Shown here piece by piece: positions 21,201 through 34,560 of a stretch of DNA of 56,351 nucleotides (positions are counted from its first letter, which is position 1; every line of letters starts with the position of its first letter). The stretch comes from Coraliomargaritaceae bacterium (lineage in GTDB: Bacteria > Verrucomicrobiota > Verrucomicrobiia > Opitutales > Coraliomargaritaceae), in the NCBI GenBank assembly GCA_965656495.1, contig CBFHKU010000011.1, forward strand, positions 2,521 through 58,871, in the 5' to 3' direction. The notes beneath the pieces are model-generated. The model saw only the letters and a program-made list of their open reading frames with translations, did not search any database and was not told the DNA's origin. The translations under genes and the position numbers were made by a program.

Positions 21201-21980
21201 CACGCCACCTATGGCGAACAAGCACGCTCCATATTGAATGACGCGAAGGCCATGCTGGAACGAATCATTAAAGAGAAGCGTTTCCGCGCCCGCCGCGCAG
21301 TGGGGCTCTTCCCGGCGAACTCACACGGCGACGATATCGAGATCTATGCCGACTCCTCGCGTAGTGAGATTTTGAATACATTGCACACCCTCCGCCAACA
21401 GAAACGCAAAACGCAGGACGGTGCCTACTTCGCGCTTTCCGATTTTGTAGCCCCTAAGGATTGTGGTCAGGTCGATGCCTGTGGTGCCTTTGTCTGCAGC
21501 ATTGAAGGGGTCGATTCTTTTGCGAAGGAATTTGAGGACGCGCAGGACGACTACAATGCCATCATGGTAAAGGCGATCGGGGATCGCTTTGCGGAGGCCC
21601 TCGCAGAGCAAACCCATGCCCATGTACGCAAGGAGCTCTGGGGCTACGCACCCGACGAGGATCTCGACAACGAGGCTTTGATCATGGAACGCTACCGAGG
21701 CATCCGCCCGGCGGCGGGTTATCCCAGCCAGCCCGACCACACCGAGAAGGCGCTCATCTGGGAACTGCTCGATGCGGAACAAACCACCGGCGCCAGCCTC
21801 ACTGAAAATTTTGCGATGTCCCCCGGCAGTTGCGTGAGCGGGCTCTACTTTGCCCACCCCAAGGCAAAATATTTTCAAGTGGGGCCGATCCAGAAGGATC
21901 AGGTCGAGAGCTATGCCGAGCGCAAGGGCCTTTCTCTAGCGGAGTGCGAGAAGTGGCTCGCACCTAACAAGGCTTACTAG
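18273..21980 (+). CDS. metH: Cobalamin-dependent methionine synthase
   Basis: DGAMGT, GLNC and GGCCGT (Hcy domain), GERTNVTGS (pterin domain), [11 protein letters not shown] (B12 motif), RPAAGYP (activation domain). Confidence 0.98.
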   Translation: MPSTNKPLTAKGQQLAGLLEERIVFLDGAMGTMIQQHSLEEADFRDESLADAPGNLKGNNDLLSITRPEIIEEIHRNFLLAGSDIIETNTFSGTTIAQADYGLESRVRDINLCSAQLARKVADEIEAQEGRPIFVAGAIGPTNRTASMSPDVNRPEYRATSYEELRQAYYEQVEALVEGGVDLLLPETVFDTLNLKACLHAIEDFFDTREERLPVIISVTITDQSGRTLSGQTVEACWNSIRHAKPLCVGLNCALGADLMRPFLQDLSRVADCYVHVYPNAGLPNPLAPTGYDETPDHTGSAVGGFAKDGLVNLVGGCCGTTPDHIRAVVREVSQYPPRPLPQLPERQRFSGLEAFNHAIGDSFVMVGERTNVTGSPRFKKMITNDDWDGALAVAAQQVENGANLIDVNFDEGLLDSEACMTKFMNLIASEPAIARVPIMIDSSKWSVIEAGLRCVQGKCIVNSISLKEGEATFLEQARLCRRYGAAVVVMAFDEKGQAATREDKVRICSRAYKLLVEQAGLDPNDIIFDPNVLTVATGMEEHNNYAVDFIEAVREIKAVCPGARTSGGVSNISFSFRGNNPVREAMHAAFLYHSIEAGLDMGIVNAGMLEIYEEIEPELLKKVEDVLLNRHPEATEALITFAETVKDSGKKEDDSAKLAWREGTVEERLAHALVKGIVDFIEPDTEEARQQLGRPLEVIEGPLMDGMKIVGDLFGAGKMFLPQVVKSARVMKRAVAYLTPYLEAEKAENPNARSQGKFLIATVKGDVHDIGKNIVGVVLACNNYEVKDLGVMVDCDTILKEAEAWGADIVGLSGLITPSLDEMIYVAQEMQRRGFKQPLLIGGATTSAAHTAIKIAPHYDQPVIRVGDASLATGVCNNLLNPEKSEAYIAQVKEEQSVQRAHFEANQGKTEFLTLEEARAKRFTCEWEKAELKTPNTIGITVDDAIDLDTLSEYFDFSPLFWTWGLKGIYPRILQHATYGEQARSILNDAKAMLERIIKEKRFRARRAVGLFPANSHGDDIEIYADSSRSEILNTLHTLRQQKRKTQDGAYFALSDFVAPKDCGQVDACGAFVCSIEGVDSFAKEFEDAQDDYNAIMVKAIGDRFAEALAEQTHAHVRKELWGYAPDEDLDNEALIMERYRGIRPAAGYPSQPDHTEKALIWELLDAEQTTGASLTENFAMSPGSCVSGLYFAHPKAKYFQVGPIQKDQVESYAERKGLSLAECEKWLAPNKAY

Positions 21981-21988
21981 TCCGGGCC

Positions 21989-22027
21989 AAAAAAAATTGG
22001 ACGACCCGCATTGCGGAGCCGCCCAAT
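21989..22027 (-). terminator. Rho-independent terminator between convergent genes
   Basis: Minus strand ATTGGGCGGCTCCGC-AAT-GCGGGTCGTCCAAT followed by a T tract. Confidence 0.65.
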
Positions 22028-22052
22028 CGAAAGGTGCTTAAAGAAACTTCAA

Positions 22053-22931
22053 CTAGAAGGGATAGACTGCGGAGAAGGTCCAGCGATCATCAAAGAGATT
22101 CGTGCTATCAGAAATCTCGCGCTCATAAGCGGCACGTATCGAAATATGGCTCTCAAAGGGGCGTAGTTCCGCACCGAGAGCGGCAGTCCAAACATCCTCG
22201 TCCTCACCGGAACCAAGGCTCACCGCGTCTAGGCCGGAATAAGGTGCAATACCCGTGCCATCATCGTTGGTGATCATGTAGCCATTAATTTCAAAGACGG
22301 GGCTGATCCATTCGGTCAGGTAGTAATCACTGTGGAAATGGAAGGTCAGCATGTCGGAACTTCCGGCAGCACCCTGCCCCTGATCCACCGCGATGAGGTA
22401 ATTGATCGTGGCACCAAGGTGGAGCTTTCCAAAGGACTTATTCTCAGAAATCCAAATGCGCAACTCATCGGTATTCTGATAAGCCGACTCCTCGCCCCAA
22501 CCGAACTCATAGCCAATCCCGGCCGCGAGGTGGTGTTGGTTTGCCCAGTCCTGCACAAAGGCATACTTGAGCCCGAGCGCGATGTCATTCCAACCATCCT
22601 GGCCGTCCAATACACCGCCCGAGAAATTGGTGTAGCCGTCTTTGTAAGCGACAAGTTGGAGGTTCTCGTTGAGTGCGACCCGCACTTGGAGGGCTGCCAC
22701 CGTCACCTCGCCATCTACCGAGTCGAGTTCATGATTTAAATACCACGCCCGCAAATCACTGGTCACATAAGCATCCTCATTGTAGTAAGGCGCTGTGAGA
22801 GGAGCGACTGCTCGCTCCTCGTGAGCAAGGGATCGGACTTTATCGCCAAAGGCAATAAAGGTCGAATGCCCAAACAAAGTGGCTCCTGCGAAGAAACCAC
22901 TGATAAGAATTAATGTATTGGATTTTTTCAT
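22053..22931 (-). CDS. Putative outer-membrane beta-barrel protein
   Basis: N-terminal signal, alternating amphipathic strands, GWNDIALGLKY, C-terminal ...WTFSAVYPF. Confidence 0.65.
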   Translation of the reverse strand: MKKSNTLILISGFFAGATLFGHSTFIAFGDKVRSLAHEERAVAPLTAPYYNEDAYVTSDLRAWYLNHELDSVDGEVTVAALQVRVALNENLQLVAYKDGYTNFSGGVLDGQDGWNDIALGLKYAFVQDWANQHHLAAGIGYEFGWGEESAYQNTDELRIWISENKSFGKLHLGATINYLIAVDQGQGAAGSSDMLTFHFHSDYYLTEWISPVFEINGYMITNDDGTGIAPYSGLDAVSLGSGEDEDVWTAALGAELRPFESHISIRAAYEREISDSTNLFDDRWTFSAVYPF

Positions 22932-23079
22932 AATAATAGACTTACGGTGGACTTTTGAGCTCTTATCTACCCTATGTCAATATGAATTTAATACCGTATA
23001 ATTAAAACTTTAGTCCTGCCGGATGCGTTTTTTTGCTTCACTCCAAGGCTTCCCGCGGTAAGCCTCAGTAATCTTTGTA

Positions 23080-23616
23080 ATGACTCTTTTTCAAGCCACA
23101 CTCTTTACCGGAATCGCTCTGGTCGCCTTTGGTGCTCACTTCCTTTGGCACGGCATGCGCAGCGAGCCTGCCATGAAGGCATTTCCCCGCTCGCAGCTCG
23201 CCGCAATGCTCCTCTTTGGTGCGGCGAGTGCATGGTTCCTGTATCACGTTTGGCACTTGGGGCCCGCTGATTTTGGAAACTATCGCGAGCTTCTCTTTGC
23301 CCTCTTCGGGCTTTCTGCGCTGGGGGCCTTTTACTTCGTCCCGGACTTCCTCGCCGTCAGAGGTTTTGCCGCCCTGCTCCTGCTTGCCGCCAATCCATTA
23401 TTGAAAGCCGCCTATATGCAGGACCCCACCGCACGACTCTTGCTGGTGAGTTTTGTATACCTCGCAATTCTCTTTGCCCTCGTTATGGGCGCGAGCCCCT
23501 ACCGGATGCGGGATTGTATCGACTGGCTCTACCGGAAAGCGACCCGACCGCGCCTCTTTGGTGCCTGCTTTGTTTTTTATGGCTGCGTGTTGGTCGCCAC
23601 CGCCCTCACCTACTGA
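23080..23616 (+). CDS. Hypothetical multi-pass membrane protein
   Basis: 178 aa with about 6 hydrophobic segments. First gene of the gmk cluster. Confidence 0.75.
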   Translation: MTLFQATLFTGIALVAFGAHFLWHGMRSEPAMKAFPRSQLAAMLLFGAASAWFLYHVWHLGPADFGNYRELLFALFGLSALGAFYFVPDFLAVRGFAALLLLAANPLLKAAYMQDPTARLLLVSFVYLAILFALVMGASPYRMRDCIDWLYRKATRPRLFGACFVFYGCVLVATALTY

Positions 23617-23620
23617 CAAC

Positions 23621-24211
23621 GTGCATTCCGAAACGGACACGCCCGCCCGCCTCCTGATTGTCTCTGGTCCCGCCGGAAGCGGGAAAACTACGGTCTGCGA
23701 AAACCTGCTCCGGGTCGAATCCCATCTGGAGCGTGTCATTACCGCAACCACCCGCCCCCCTCGCGGCAAGGAACAGGACGGGGTCGATTACCATTTCCTA
23801 AGCAAGGCGGACTTTGAAGCAAAGGTCGCTACCGGGGATTTTTATGAACATGCCCGGGTGCACGGCAACTACTACGGCACCTTGAAACAAGTCGTGCAGG
23901 ATAAACTGCGGGCGGGAATTAATCTCCTCCTCAATATCGACGTGCAGGGCGCGGCGAGTTTTCGCGCCACTGCGGAAAATGATGCCCTCCTCGCGGGGCG
24001 ACTGACAACGGTCTTTATCATGCCCCCCGGTTTGGAAGCCCTCAAAGAACGACTGGAAGGACGCGCCACCGACAGCGAAGCGGAGGTGCAGCGCAGGCTT
24101 GAAGTTGCGAAGGGCGAAATACTGGAAGCGGGGAATTACGACCACATCCTCCACAGCAGCACCCGCGAGGCCGACCTCGCCGCCCTACAGGCAATCTATC
24201 GCAAGCCCTAG
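23621..24211 (+). CDS. gmk: Guanylate kinase
   Basis: SGPAGSGKTT, TTRPPRGKEQDGVDYHF and YYGT motifs. GTG start at 23621. Confidence 0.95.
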   Translation: MHSETDTPARLLIVSGPAGSGKTTVCENLLRVESHLERVITATTRPPRGKEQDGVDYHFLSKADFEAKVATGDFYEHARVHGNYYGTLKQVVQDKLRAGINLLLNIDVQGAASFRATAENDALLAGRLTTVFIMPPGLEALKERLEGRATDSEAEVQRRLEVAKGEILEAGNYDHILHSSTREADLAALQAIYRKP

Positions 24212-24275
24212 AATCGGGCTTTTCAAAATTTATTCGGCATTGCCCTGAACGCGGTGACGCAGCATCTTTTTCCCT

Positions 24276-25193
24276 ATGTCCAACGGTCTGCGTTTCACAA
24301 AAGAGAGCCTGCTCACACGCCTGAGTTGGGATCAAATTGATTCGGATTATCTGCGTCAACTGGTAGGCCTTGCCAAGATTGAAGACCTCGCCGGCGCGGG
24401 ACTGGCGGAACGTCCCACACAACTGGGCGATGTCACCAGCGCCCTCATGCCGGAGGGTACCAATGGCGCGGCCCAATTGACCGCTCGCGAGAGTATGACC
24501 CTCAGCGGTCTGGGCATGGTGGAGCTCGTGCTCGCCGCTTACGGCGAGGGCTGTTCCTTTGAACCCCGCCAAAAAGACGGCGCCGTCCTCAAGCCCGGAG
24601 ATGCCATCGGGATCCTCTCCGGACCCGCCTCTATTCTCCTGCAGGCAGAACGGGTGCTCCTCAATTTCCTTCAACACCTATCCGGGATCGCGACTGAAAC
24701 CCGCCGCTATGTCGAGGCCCTCGCGGATTCCCCCACCACCCTGCTCGACACCCGCAAGACCCTCCCCGGGTATCGGGTGCTGCAGAAATACGCCTGCGCC
24801 TGCGGAGGGGGCCACAACCACCGGATGGGGCTCTTTGACCGCGTCATGTTTAAGGATAACCACCTCGCGCTCACCGGGGCCAAGCTTACCGAGACAGTCG
24901 CGCTGGCGCGCCGCATCCATCCACAACTCCCGGTTGAGGTCGAAGTCGATACCCCCGACCCAATTGAACCCGCCCTTGCCGGTGGCGCCGACATCCTCCT
25001 GCTCGACAACTTCAGTCCCGAAGCCCTGAAAGCGGCGGTGGTTCAAATCGATGGCCGGGCCTGCACCGAAGCCAGTGGCGGCATCACCCTCGAGACCCTT
25101 CCGCAAATCGGGACACTCGGGCTCGATTTTATCTCGACCGGTGCGCCCGTGCATCAAAGCACCTGGAAAGACATCGGCCTGGACTGGCTTTAG
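24276..25193 (+). CDS. nadC: Quinolinate phosphoribosyltransferase
   Basis: [35 protein letters not shown] and EASGG motifs. Confidence 0.96.
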   Translation: MSNGLRFTKESLLTRLSWDQIDSDYLRQLVGLAKIEDLAGAGLAERPTQLGDVTSALMPEGTNGAAQLTARESMTLSGLGMVELVLAAYGEGCSFEPRQKDGAVLKPGDAIGILSGPASILLQAERVLLNFLQHLSGIATETRRYVEALADSPTTLLDTRKTLPGYRVLQKYACACGGGHNHRMGLFDRVMFKDNHLALTGAKLTETVALARRIHPQLPVEVEVDTPDPIEPALAGGADILLLDNFSPEALKAAVVQIDGRACTEASGGITLETLPQIGTLGLDFISTGAPVHQSTWKDIGLDWL

Positions 25194-25205
25194 TTTTAAT
25201 TCGCA

Positions 25206-26240
25206 ATGCCCACACCTCCTTCCAGTGAATACCGTCACCTGAGCGCCCGACCGGATGAATGCCGCGTCCTGCGCGCCCTCCTCGATGCAGGGGAGGACTT
25301 TGTCTCGGGCAGTCAACTCGCAGAAAACATGGGGCTCTCCCGTCCGGCAGTCTGGGGAAAAATCAAAAAACTGCAGGAAGTGGGCTTTGAAATTGAGGCG
25401 GTTCGCAACCGAGGCTACCGACTGACCGCGCAACCGGAGGTGCTGCATCCGGCGCTCCTGCAACTCGCGGCGGAGGATCAGAGTCTTGAGATGGACTGTC
25501 TCTATTTTCCGGTGCTCGACAGCACCAACAATGAAGCCGAGCGACAAATTGCGAACGGGCGCCACGGCCCCTTTGCGGTACTCTCCAGTTGCCAGACCAA
25601 GGGCCGGGGACGTCTCGGACGCGAATGGTTCAGCGGGTCCGCCGAGAACCTCTACCTAACCGTCACTTACGAACCACGCCTACCCGCCCAAAAACTCCAG
25701 CACTTTACGCTGTGGTGCGGGATCCTGCTCTGTCGGGTCCTGCGTCAAGAGCTCCCTGAATCTCAACTACAAGTCAAGTGGCCCAACGACCTTCACTGCG
25801 AGGGTCGCAAATTCGCAGGGATGCTCACCGAAGCAAAACTGGACGCCGATGGACTGAAGGCCCTCTTTTTCGGGCTCGGTCTCAATGTCAACAGCAACCC
25901 CATGAATTTGCCCAAAGCACTGCGCAAACGCGCCACCAGCCTGCATGCCATTAGCGGAAAAGAACTCCCCCTCAACACCCTTGCGATCCGTGCCCTTAAG
26001 GCGATTGAGGAAGCCTATGCCATTTGTATCAAGAATCCTGATACACATAGTGATGCGTTGCTGGAAGCCTGGAAACCATTTGATAGCCTTTACGGACGGG
26101 AGGTGGTCGCCGAGCACGCCGGGCAAACGATTTGCGGCATTGCGCACGGCATCGATTCCAGCGGGGCACTGCTGCTGAAAACCCCGGACGGGAAGCAGCA
26201 AGTCATTCGAGCCGGCGACGTAACCCTCAGCCAATTCTAA
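25206..26240 (+). CDS. birA: Bifunctional biotin ligase/repressor
   Basis: N-terminal HTH (VSGSQLA..SRPAVW), [19 protein letters not shown] and RKFAGML motifs. Confidence 0.95.
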   Translation: MPTPPSSEYRHLSARPDECRVLRALLDAGEDFVSGSQLAENMGLSRPAVWGKIKKLQEVGFEIEAVRNRGYRLTAQPEVLHPALLQLAAEDQSLEMDCLYFPVLDSTNNEAERQIANGRHGPFAVLSSCQTKGRGRLGREWFSGSAENLYLTVTYEPRLPAQKLQHFTLWCGILLCRVLRQELPESQLQVKWPNDLHCEGRKFAGMLTEAKLDADGLKALFFGLGLNVNSNPMNLPKALRKRATSLHAISGKELPLNTLAIRALKAIEEAYAICIKNPDTHSDALLEAWKPFDSLYGREVVAEHAGQTICGIAHGIDSSGALLLKTPDGKQQVIRAGDVTLSQF

Positions 26241-26257
26241 TTGTAGACCACCGCGAT

Positions 26258-27031
26258 ATGAAAACCTTATGCATCGACATCGGGAACACCAGCAGTCACT
26301 ACGGCTTGGTTGACGGCGAAAACGTTAGCGATGCCGGAGACATTCCGACCGCCGAATTAAGCCTGCTGACCGAACGCGCCATCGCCACCCTCCAACCCTT
26401 GCTCGAGACCGCCGACCGCTCCGCCTATTGCTCGGTTGTTCCGACCGTTAACCTATTACTGGAGACGCAATTAAAAGCTGCCGGAAAGCCTTGCCTCCAC
26501 CTGACTGCCGATAATTGCGGCGGGCTCGCGATTCACTATCCCAAACCAGGGGAAATTGGTGAGGATCGACTCGCCAACGCCCTCGCCGCGCAGACCTATC
26601 ACCACACCCCCGCCATCGTCATCGACCTCGGCACCGCCGTCACTTTTGATATTATAAGCAGTCAGGGTTACGAGGGAGGCATCATCGCGCCCGGACTCGG
26701 CTTGATGACCCGTTACCTCCACGAACAGACCGCACTCCTACCGGAGCTCAAGCCCGAAGACCTCGTGCAAGCCGAGGGCGCGATCGGGAAATCCACCCGT
26801 CATGCCATGCAACTCGGGGTCGCAATCGGCTACTCCGGGATGCTGGACGCCCTCTGTGATCGCGTCATTGCGGAACTCCGGGAACGCGAAGGCGTGGATC
26901 CCCTCATTCTAACCACCGGCGGCAGTACGGCGAACCTCACCAGCGACTGGGCGACCCGCGCGCAATTTGTCCCGCACCTCACCCTGCAGGGTTTGGCGGC
27001 GGCATTTCCACAAGGATTTGCTACCAGCTAA
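26258..27031 (+). CDS. coaX: Type III pantothenate kinase
   Basis: [30 protein letters not shown] and TGG motifs. Confidence 0.95.
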   Translation: MKTLCIDIGNTSSHYGLVDGENVSDAGDIPTAELSLLTERAIATLQPLLETADRSAYCSVVPTVNLLLETQLKAAGKPCLHLTADNCGGLAIHYPKPGEIGEDRLANALAAQTYHHTPAIVIDLGTAVTFDIISSQGYEGGIIAPGLGLMTRYLHEQTALLPELKPEDLVQAEGAIGKSTRHAMQLGVAIGYSGMLDALCDRVIAELREREGVDPLILTTGGSTANLTSDWATRAQFVPHLTLQGLAAAFPQGFATS

Positions 27032-27398
27032 ATACCTTAATGGCTTTCACCGCCTTGAAGTGCGCGTCGCGGCTGATGACCGGGAGGTCGTATTCGAGGG
27101 CAAGCGCAGCAATCCAGATATCATTTTGCGGAATAGGCGTTCCTGCAGCACGCAGGTCGTGCCGGATGCGAGCATAAGGCCGGGCACTGGATTCGAGAAT
27201 AGGCAGAACGGTGCAGATTTTGGAAAATTCTCTAAGGACTTTTTCACGTTCGCAGCGGAAACGGGAAGCTTTCAGACCAAAGCGATACTCACCAATAACG
27301 ATTACAGGGAGATAGAGTGCGGGGGCTTCGGACAGCTTGCTCACGAGGGCCGGAGCACCATCGAAGAAGGCGGATAAAGTATTAGTGTCGAGAATCAT
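27021..27398 (-). CDS. VapC-type PIN-domain toxin
   Basis: [24 protein letters not shown] and SRDAHF motifs. Confidence 0.9.
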   Translation of the reverse strand: MILDTNTLSAFFDGAPALVSKLSEAPALYLPVIVIGEYRFGLKASRFRCEREKVLREFSKICTVLPILESSARPYARIRHDLRAAGTPIPQNDIWIAALALEYDLPVISRDAHFKAVKAIKVFSW

Positions 27399-27646
27399 TC
27401 CCAGTCTGCGGAATCAACGGTTCCAAAGGCCTCCTCAATACCTTCCATCACACAGTTTGTATCTTCAGGGTCTGAGAAAATGCCGGCATAGCGCATCCAG
27501 GGCTGTTCATCCTGAGCAGATTCACTCGCGGAGAGCCGAGCCTCAAGGGCAGCCTTCATGAAAGCCGTCATGGTCTGTCCCTGCTGGGCGGCAGTCATTT
27601 TAGCCCGGCGCAATAAGCTGTCCGGCAACTCAATCGTGGTCTTCAT
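27395..27646 (-). CDS. VapB-type antitoxin (RHH)
   Basis: MKTTIELPDSLLRRAKMTAA, ATGA overlap with the PIN gene. Confidence 0.85.
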   Translation of the reverse strand: MKTTIELPDSLLRRAKMTAAQQGQTMTAFMKAALEARLSASESAQDEQPWMRYAGIFSDPEDTNCVMEGIEEAFGTVDSADWE

Positions 27647-27659
27647 TAAACTACATCAA

Positions 27660-27681
27660 CCCATAAATATGGGCCTGTCAA
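27660..27681 (-). promoter_or_regulatory. vapBC promoter/operator
   Basis: TTGACA on the minus strand (27676-27681) followed by the palindrome CCCATA-AA-TATGGG (27660-27673). Confidence 0.5.
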
Positions 27682-27692
27682 GCGGCTCCCAC

Positions 27693-28103
27693 TTAACGTC
27701 GTCTGCCCTTGGCGAGTTTCTGCGCGATCAGGAAGGTGACTTTTTGTGCGAGTTGTTCGGCTTCCTCGGGATTGATCCCTTCTGCTTCGGCGGCCTTGAG
27801 GGCATTTTCAGCACGTGTCTTGGCGGCTTCTACCTCGGTGAGGTCGATGTCGTTCACGTCGATGGCGGCCTCGGTGAGGACTTCAACAGTGTCGCCCAGG
27901 ACGCGGGCGAATCCGCGGTCGACCGCAATGTATTCGGTCTTACTGCCTTTGATCACTTTGATTTCACCCGCCTTAAGCTTGGTCACAAGGGGAATGTGGC
28001 CCTTGAGTACGCCGGTCTCGCCCGCAACTGCGGGGAGGACGACCTGTTCCGCCTCGGTCTCAAGGACTTTGGCGTCGGGGGTGATGATTTCGAGCGCGAT
28101 CAT
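27693..28103 (-). CDS. atpC: ATP synthase epsilon
   Basis: LEIITPD, GETGVLKGHIP; last gene of the atp operon. Confidence 0.95.
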   Translation of the reverse strand: MIALEIITPDAKVLETEAEQVVLPAVAGETGVLKGHIPLVTKLKAGEIKVIKGSKTEYIAVDRGFARVLGDTVEVLTEAAIDVNDIDLTEVEAAKTRAENALKAAEAEGINPEEAEQLAQKVTFLIAQKLAKGRRR

Positions 28104-28118
28104 GTTGGTGCGGGCAGC

Positions 28119-29576
<1,458 letters not shown>

Positions 29577-30476
29577 TTAGTTGGCTGCGGATGCAGCGGC
29601 GATTTCAAGAATTTCCTGAGTGATGGCGGCCTGGCGGGCTTTGTTGTAATCGAGGGTAAGGTCGTCGACGAGGTTGCTGGCGTTATCGGTGGCGGCCTTC
29701 ATGGCAACCATCCGGGCGCAGTGCTCGGCGGCACGGCTTTCGAGAAGGAGCTGGTGCGCGATGACCTTGACGTAATGCTGCGGCAATTCCGCAAGTACCG
29801 CTTTGGCGCTCGGCTCAAAGCACATTTCACGGGAATCACGACGGGCTTCCAGTGTGGCGGCCTCGGTCTTGGTGCGTTTGCGCAATTGGGTGAGCACTTC
29901 CTCGAGGTCCACAATCGGCAAGAGTTTCTGGATGACCGGTTCCTGAACGAGGACGTTCACAAAGCTTGGGTACGCGATTTCAATGGTATCAATCGTGCCA
30001 TCGAGGTACGCCTCGATCGCGAGCTTGAGCATTCCCCGAATCTCCGAAAATGATACTTTGTCGGAAATCGTGAAATCGGCAAGGAGGTCGCGCTGGGTGC
30101 GGGCGACGAACTGAGTCGCCTTGCGCCCGACCGTGATGAATTTCGCGGGTCCTTTGACCTGTTCAATAACTTCACGGAAAAGATTGGTATTGAGCGGACC
30201 GCAAAGGCCTTTGTCGGTGGAGAGAACGAGGATGCCTCGGGTTTTGATTTCACGCTTCTCGAAGAAGGGGTGTTCGAGCTCCGCGCCGCTGAGGTTGAGC
30301 TTCTCGCTTACGGAGTCGAGCAGGTCCGCCAACATGAGGGCGTAGGGACGCCCCGCGATGGCGGCATCCTGCGCGCGCTTCATCTTGGAAGAGGAAACCA
30401 ACTGCATCGCCCGCGTAATCTGGCGGGTGTTTTTGACCGACTTGATGCGTCGGCGAATGTCGCGGAGGTTAGCCAT
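29577..30476 (-). CDS. atpG: ATP synthase gamma
   Basis: [14 protein letters not shown] and [10 protein letters not shown] motifs. Confidence 0.97.
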   Translation of the reverse strand: MANLRDIRRRIKSVKNTRQITRAMQLVSSSKMKRAQDAAIAGRPYALMLADLLDSVSEKLNLSGAELEHPFFEKREIKTRGILVLSTDKGLCGPLNTNLFREVIEQVKGPAKFITVGRKATQFVARTQRDLLADFTISDKVSFSEIRGMLKLAIEAYLDGTIDTIEIAYPSFVNVLVQEPVIQKLLPIVDLEEVLTQLRKRTKTEAATLEARRDSREMCFEPSAKAVLAELPQHYVKVIAHQLLLESRAAEHCARMVAMKAATDNASNLVDDLTLDYNKARQAAITQEILEIAAASAAN

Positions 30477-30510
30477 CTGATGAAGTTAAGCGTTTATGAA
30501 CGGGAATGTT

Positions 30511-32055
30511 TTAAGCGGAGAAGGCAGCCTGCCACTCTTCGAAGGCAGACTTGAGGTCGGCTTCGATGCTGTCATTGAGTTTCTTTTCGGCACGGATGGT
30601 GTCCATCAACTTCGCGCCACGGGTTTCGAAGAACTCGCGGAGGCTGGTGGTGGCAGCAACGACTTGTTTGGTGTCGACGCTGTCAAAGAATCCGTTTTGA
30701 GCTCCCCAGATGAGGGCGGTCTGAACTTCGACGGGGATCGGGTTGAACGCGGTTTGTTTAAAGAGCTCGACAACGCGGGCACCGCGTTCGAGTTGGGCCT
30801 TGGTCTTGGCGTCGAGATCGGATCCGAACTGCGCGAAGGCCGCGAGTTCGCGGAACTGGGCGAGTTGAAGCTTCACTTTGCCCGCCACTTTCTTGATGGC
30901 CTTGATCTGCGCGGCGGAGCCCACCCGGGAAACGGAAAGTCCGACCGAAATCGCGGGGCGAATACCCTGATTGAAAAGATCGGTCTCGAGGAAAATTTGT
31001 CCGTCGGTAATGGAAATCACATTCGTGGGAATGTAGGCGGAGACGTCTCCGGCCTGGGTCTCAATGATCGGCAGGGCGGTGAGGGAACCGTTACCGTTGT
31101 CTTCGTTGACACGGGCGGAGCGCTCGAGGAGGCGGCTGTGCAGATAGAAGACATCACCGGGATAAGCTTCGCGACCGGAGGGGCGTTTGAGAACGAGAGA
31201 GATTTGGCGGTATGCGACCGCTTGCTTGGAGAGGTCATCGTAAACGATGAGCGCGTCCATTCCGTTGCGCATGAAATATTCCCCCATGGAGGCCCCGGAG
31301 AAGGGCGCGATGTATTGATTGGCGGGATTGTCGGCAGCCGGCGCGGCAACGATAATGGTGTATTCCAGCGCACCTGCTTTTTCGAGGACATTGATCGTGC
31401 GGGCAATGTTGGCGTTCTTTTGTCCGACCGCTACATAGATGGAATAAACCGGGCGGAAGCCGTCTTCGAAGGAGCCGTCCTCGTTCAAGTGCTGGCGGTT
31501 AATTTTCGCCTGATTGATGATGGTATCAATCGCGATGGTGGTCTTGCCGGTCGAACGGTCACCGATAATGAGCTCGCGTTGTCCACGGCCGATGGGAATC
31601 ATGGAGTCGACCGCCATGATGCCGGTCTGGAGGGGTTGGTCGACCGATTTACGGGGAATGATTCCGGGTGCGATTTGGTCGACCGGATAGGTCTCGGTGG
31701 AATTAACGGGGCCTTTGCCGTCAATGGGGTTGCCGATCGCATCGACGACGCGCCCGAGCAAGCCTTTGCCCACCGGAACGGAAAGGAGCTTGCCGGTTGT
31801 TTTGGCTTCGTCACCCTCTTTGAGCTTGGAGTAGTCCCCCAGGATAACGCAACCGACTTCGTCTTCCTCAAGATTGAGGGCGAGGCCGAAGACCCCGTTG
31901 CCGAAGTCAATCATTTCGTTATACATCACGCCCGAGAGTCCTGCCAGTTTGGCGACTCCGTCCGCGATGGTGACGATGGTTCCGGTGTTGGATTTGACGG
32001 CGCCCGTTTCGAGTTGGGCGATTTCGTTTTCAATTTGTTCGACTATTGAGCTCAT
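30511..32055 (-). CDS. atpA: ATP synthase alpha
   Basis: GDRSTGKT and [19 protein letters not shown] motifs. Confidence 0.98.
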   Translation of the reverse strand: MSSIVEQIENEIAQLETGAVKSNTGTIVTIADGVAKLAGLSGVMYNEMIDFGNGVFGLALNLEEDEVGCVILGDYSKLKEGDEAKTTGKLLSVPVGKGLLGRVVDAIGNPIDGKGPVNSTETYPVDQIAPGIIPRKSVDQPLQTGIMAVDSMIPIGRGQRELIIGDRSTGKTTIAIDTIINQAKINRQHLNEDGSFEDGFRPVYSIYVAVGQKNANIARTINVLEKAGALEYTIIVAAPAADNPANQYIAPFSGASMGEYFMRNGMDALIVYDDLSKQAVAYRQISLVLKRPSGREAYPGDVFYLHSRLLERSARVNEDNGNGSLTALPIIETQAGDVSAYIPTNVISITDGQIFLETDLFNQGIRPAISVGLSVSRVGSAAQIKAIKKVAGKVKLQLAQFRELAAFAQFGSDLDAKTKAQLERGARVVELFKQTAFNPIPVEVQTALIWGAQNGFFDSVDTKQVVAATTSLREFFETRGAKLMDTIRAEKKLNDSIEADLKSAFEEWQAAFSA

Positions 32056-32099
32056 GAGAAGAGGGCGTGTGAGTGGAGATAATTTTTATTTAAAGTGAT

Positions 32100-32498
32100 T
32101 TATTGGACACGCGCGGCGAGGCGCTGCAGGTACCCGGAAACGGAAGCGTCGTAGCTGTCGTCGCCAACGCGAACGCGAACCCCGGCGATGAGGCTCTCGT
32201 CTTCTGCGGCAACCGCTTGGATCGGACGTTCATAAAGTTTGGTATAGTACTCCGCAATCGCTTCCAGGGATTCGGGGGAAAGTGCCACCGGAGCCGCGAC
32301 CACCGCAGTTTGGCGGGCGAGCTCGCGACGCAAATAGTTCAAATATTTCCGGAGCAAGAGGAGGTGATGGCGGGGCTGAACCTGACGCAAACCGGCAAGG
32401 ACCTCCCCTACCCGCGCTTCCGTGATCACGCCCGCGTCGTCGCGGGAGAGGAGCACCATCTTTTTGGCGAGCTGGATGACTTTCTTGTGGCGTTGCAT
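32100..32498 (-). CDS. atpH: ATP synthase delta (short form)
   Basis: Position between atpF and atpA. C-terminal DESLIAGVRVRVGDDSYDASV delta motif. Confidence 0.85.
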   Translation of the reverse strand: MQRHKKVIQLAKKMVLLSRDDAGVITEARVGEVLAGLRQVQPRHHLLLLRKYLNYLRRELARQTAVVAAPVALSPESLEAIAEYYTKLYERPIQAVAAEDESLIAGVRVRVGDDSYDASVSGYLQRLAARVQ

Positions 32499-32522
32499 GT
32501 CGGGCGTTTAAAAGGAAAAACT

Positions 32523-33170
32523 TTAGCTTTCAGCGAGTTCCTTGGCGGCGGCGTTCGAATAGGATGCTTTTTCCTCGGCGCTCAATTCACGGGTGAGTAC
32601 TTTTGCGGAGGTCTCAACGACCAGACGGGCGACTTCCTGGCGAACTTCCGAGAGCATTTTTTGGCGCTCAAGTTCGGTGGCTTCACTGGCCTTGCGAATG
32701 ATGGCCTCCGCTTGGGCGGCGGCTTCCTGCGTTTTCGCCTCGATCATTTCCTTGGCCTGGTCGCGGGTCTCGCCCAAAATACGTTGCGCCTCGGCGGCGG
32801 CTTCCTGAACTTTCTGCGCGCGCTCGCGTTCGGTCGCGGCGAGCTGATCCTTCATTTCCTCGGCGTATTGCAGCCCCTCCGCGATCTTCTGCTGACGCTC
32901 ATCAAGGGTCGCCATCACGGGCTTGACCGCAAATTGGTATAAAATGAATGCCACCAGAATGAAATTAATCATCTGGGCAATGAGCGTGGGCCAAGTAACG
33001 TCAAATTTTTTAAAGATCTCACGGAAGGTGTCGAGGATGCTTCCCTCGGCGGGTTCCTCTCCAAGGAGGGCTTCAATGGACTCCGGTGCTTCGGCGTAAT
33101 CGTCACCCGCAGCGGTCAGGGCGAACGGGCTCAAAAAAACGAGCAAGGAAAATAGGAAAAGAGCTTTCAT
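32523..33170 (-). CDS. atpF: ATP synthase subunit b with N-terminal extension
   Basis: [28 protein letters not shown] followed by coiled coil. Start uncertain (33170 or 33191). Confidence 0.92.
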   Translation of the reverse strand: MKALFLFSLLVFLSPFALTAAGDDYAEAPESIEALLGEEPAEGSILDTFREIFKKFDVTWPTLIAQMINFILVAFILYQFAVKPVMATLDERQQKIAEGLQYAEEMKDQLAATERERAQKVQEAAAEAQRILGETRDQAKEMIEAKTQEAAAQAEAIIRKASEATELERQKMLSEVRQEVARLVVETSAKVLTRELSAEEKASYSNAAAKELAES

Positions 33171-33240
33171 GATAAGCGTGATGGGCGGCATTGATATGCC
33201 GACGACCCTTGCGGATCGCCGACAGTCAAAGCCTGGGAGA

Positions 33241-33450
33241 TTAACCAAGGAAGATAGCGAAGAAGATAATCGCTTCGGCGAAAGCCATGGCGAGAATCGA
33301 CTGAACCAGAATCTTGGTGGCAGCCTCAGGGTTGCGGCCAACGGATTGGGAAGCCCCGAGTCCGATGAGTCCAATGCCGAGCGGCACACCAAGAGCGGCG
33401 GCGGCTACGTGAACCTTACCGGTAACTTCTGCTAGGATGTCGATGATCAT
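33241..33450 (-). CDS. atpE: ATP synthase subunit c
   Basis: GIGLIG, GRNPEA loop and proton-binding Glu in AFAEAI. Confidence 0.95.
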   Translation of the reverse strand: MIIDILAEVTGKVHVAAAALGVPLGIGLIGLGASQSVGRNPEAATKILVQSILAMAFAEAIIFFAIFLG

Positions 33451-33527
33451 TTTTAATCTGGGTTGTTTGTTTTAGTTGGTTTCTGCGCCACCCACGGCTT
33501 GCTACATGGTCATGGTCGGAGAAAGTG

Positions 33528-34373
33528 TTAGTGTGCGTGTTCTTCGTCGTGGTTGGTCATGAGGCCAATATAGATGGCGACGAGCATGGTAAAGATGAGT
33601 GCCTGCACCACGCCCACCAGAACCTCGTAAAAGTAGAATACCGCAGGGACCACGTAGGGCGCCTTTTCGGTCATGCTGGTGAGGAGGCTTTCGCCGCCAA
33701 AGACGTTACCGTAGAGACGGAAGGAAAGCGAAATGGGCCGGAAGCAGATTGAAACGATCTCAATAAGGCCGACACCGAGGAAAATCGGAATGAGGAAAGC
33801 GTAGATTGCAGGAGGGGTTTCCTTTTTATCGGCCTTGTTGCCAAAGAGTTCCCATATGAAAAACTTGGGGCCGGCAACCTTGAGGCAGATGTAGAGCCAG
33901 GCGGCAGTTGCAATGAGCGCCATGCCAAGAGTGGCGTTCAGGTCGGAGTTCGCGGGCCGCATCCAATATTTGAAGTGCCCGTGCTCATCGTAATGTCCAA
34001 ATGCACCCACCCCGGGGATGAGGCCGCTCCAATTGTGAATCAGAATGAAAACAAAAAATCCGATCAAGAGAGGGAAGGCGATGCGAAAGGCTTTCTTGCC
34101 GAGGATGGGCTCGAACAAATCCTGCAATCCGGCGACTAAATTTTCAATGACGGCCTGCCCCTTGCCCGGAATGAGCTTGGGCTTCCCGACTGTCAGGCGA
34201 ATCACAACAATGAAAAGAATGGAGATCGCCCAGGTCGTCAGAATGGTATTCGTCAGGGGCAGCCCAAAAATCTCAGTCAAAGTGTAGGGACTGGGGCTTA
34301 CCGCACCGTCCGCCGCGTTGAGCGCTGCAGAAGTGGCAAGCAATGCAAGAAATGAAGTGATGAACTTGTTCAC
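33528..34373 (-). CDS. atpB: ATP synthase subunit a
   Basis: [17 protein letters not shown] and VQALIFTML motifs. GTG start at 34373 inferred. Confidence 0.93.
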   Translation of the reverse strand: MNKFITSFLALLATSAALNAADGAVSPSPYTLTEIFGLPLTNTILTTWAISILFIVVIRLTVGKPKLIPGKGQAVIENLVAGLQDLFEPILGKKAFRIAFPLLIGFFVFILIHNWSGLIPGVGAFGHYDEHGHFKYWMRPANSDLNATLGMALIATAAWLYICLKVAGPKFFIWELFGNKADKKETPPAIYAFLIPIFLGVGLIEIVSICFRPISLSFRLYGNVFGGESLLTSMTEKAPYVVPAVFYFYEVLVGVVQALIFTMLVAIYIGLMTNHDEEHAH

Positions 34374-34560
34374 GAAGAACACAAAAAAAATGTAATAGCC
34401 TCGATAAGGAAAGCGAATGAGATGCCGTAACTCGATGTGTGCGTCAACACTGTAATGCATTTAGCCCCACTAACATTAGTATTCCTAATGACCTTTATTA
34501 CTTTATTTTTTACTGCTTACACACTTGCCCAAAATACGAAGCGGAGCAAGTCTCTCTAAT

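Noticed and set aside
33241..33450. Na+-translocating or N-type ATPase
   Set aside because: Subunit c lacks the Na+ ligands and the gene order is canonical BEFHAGDC.
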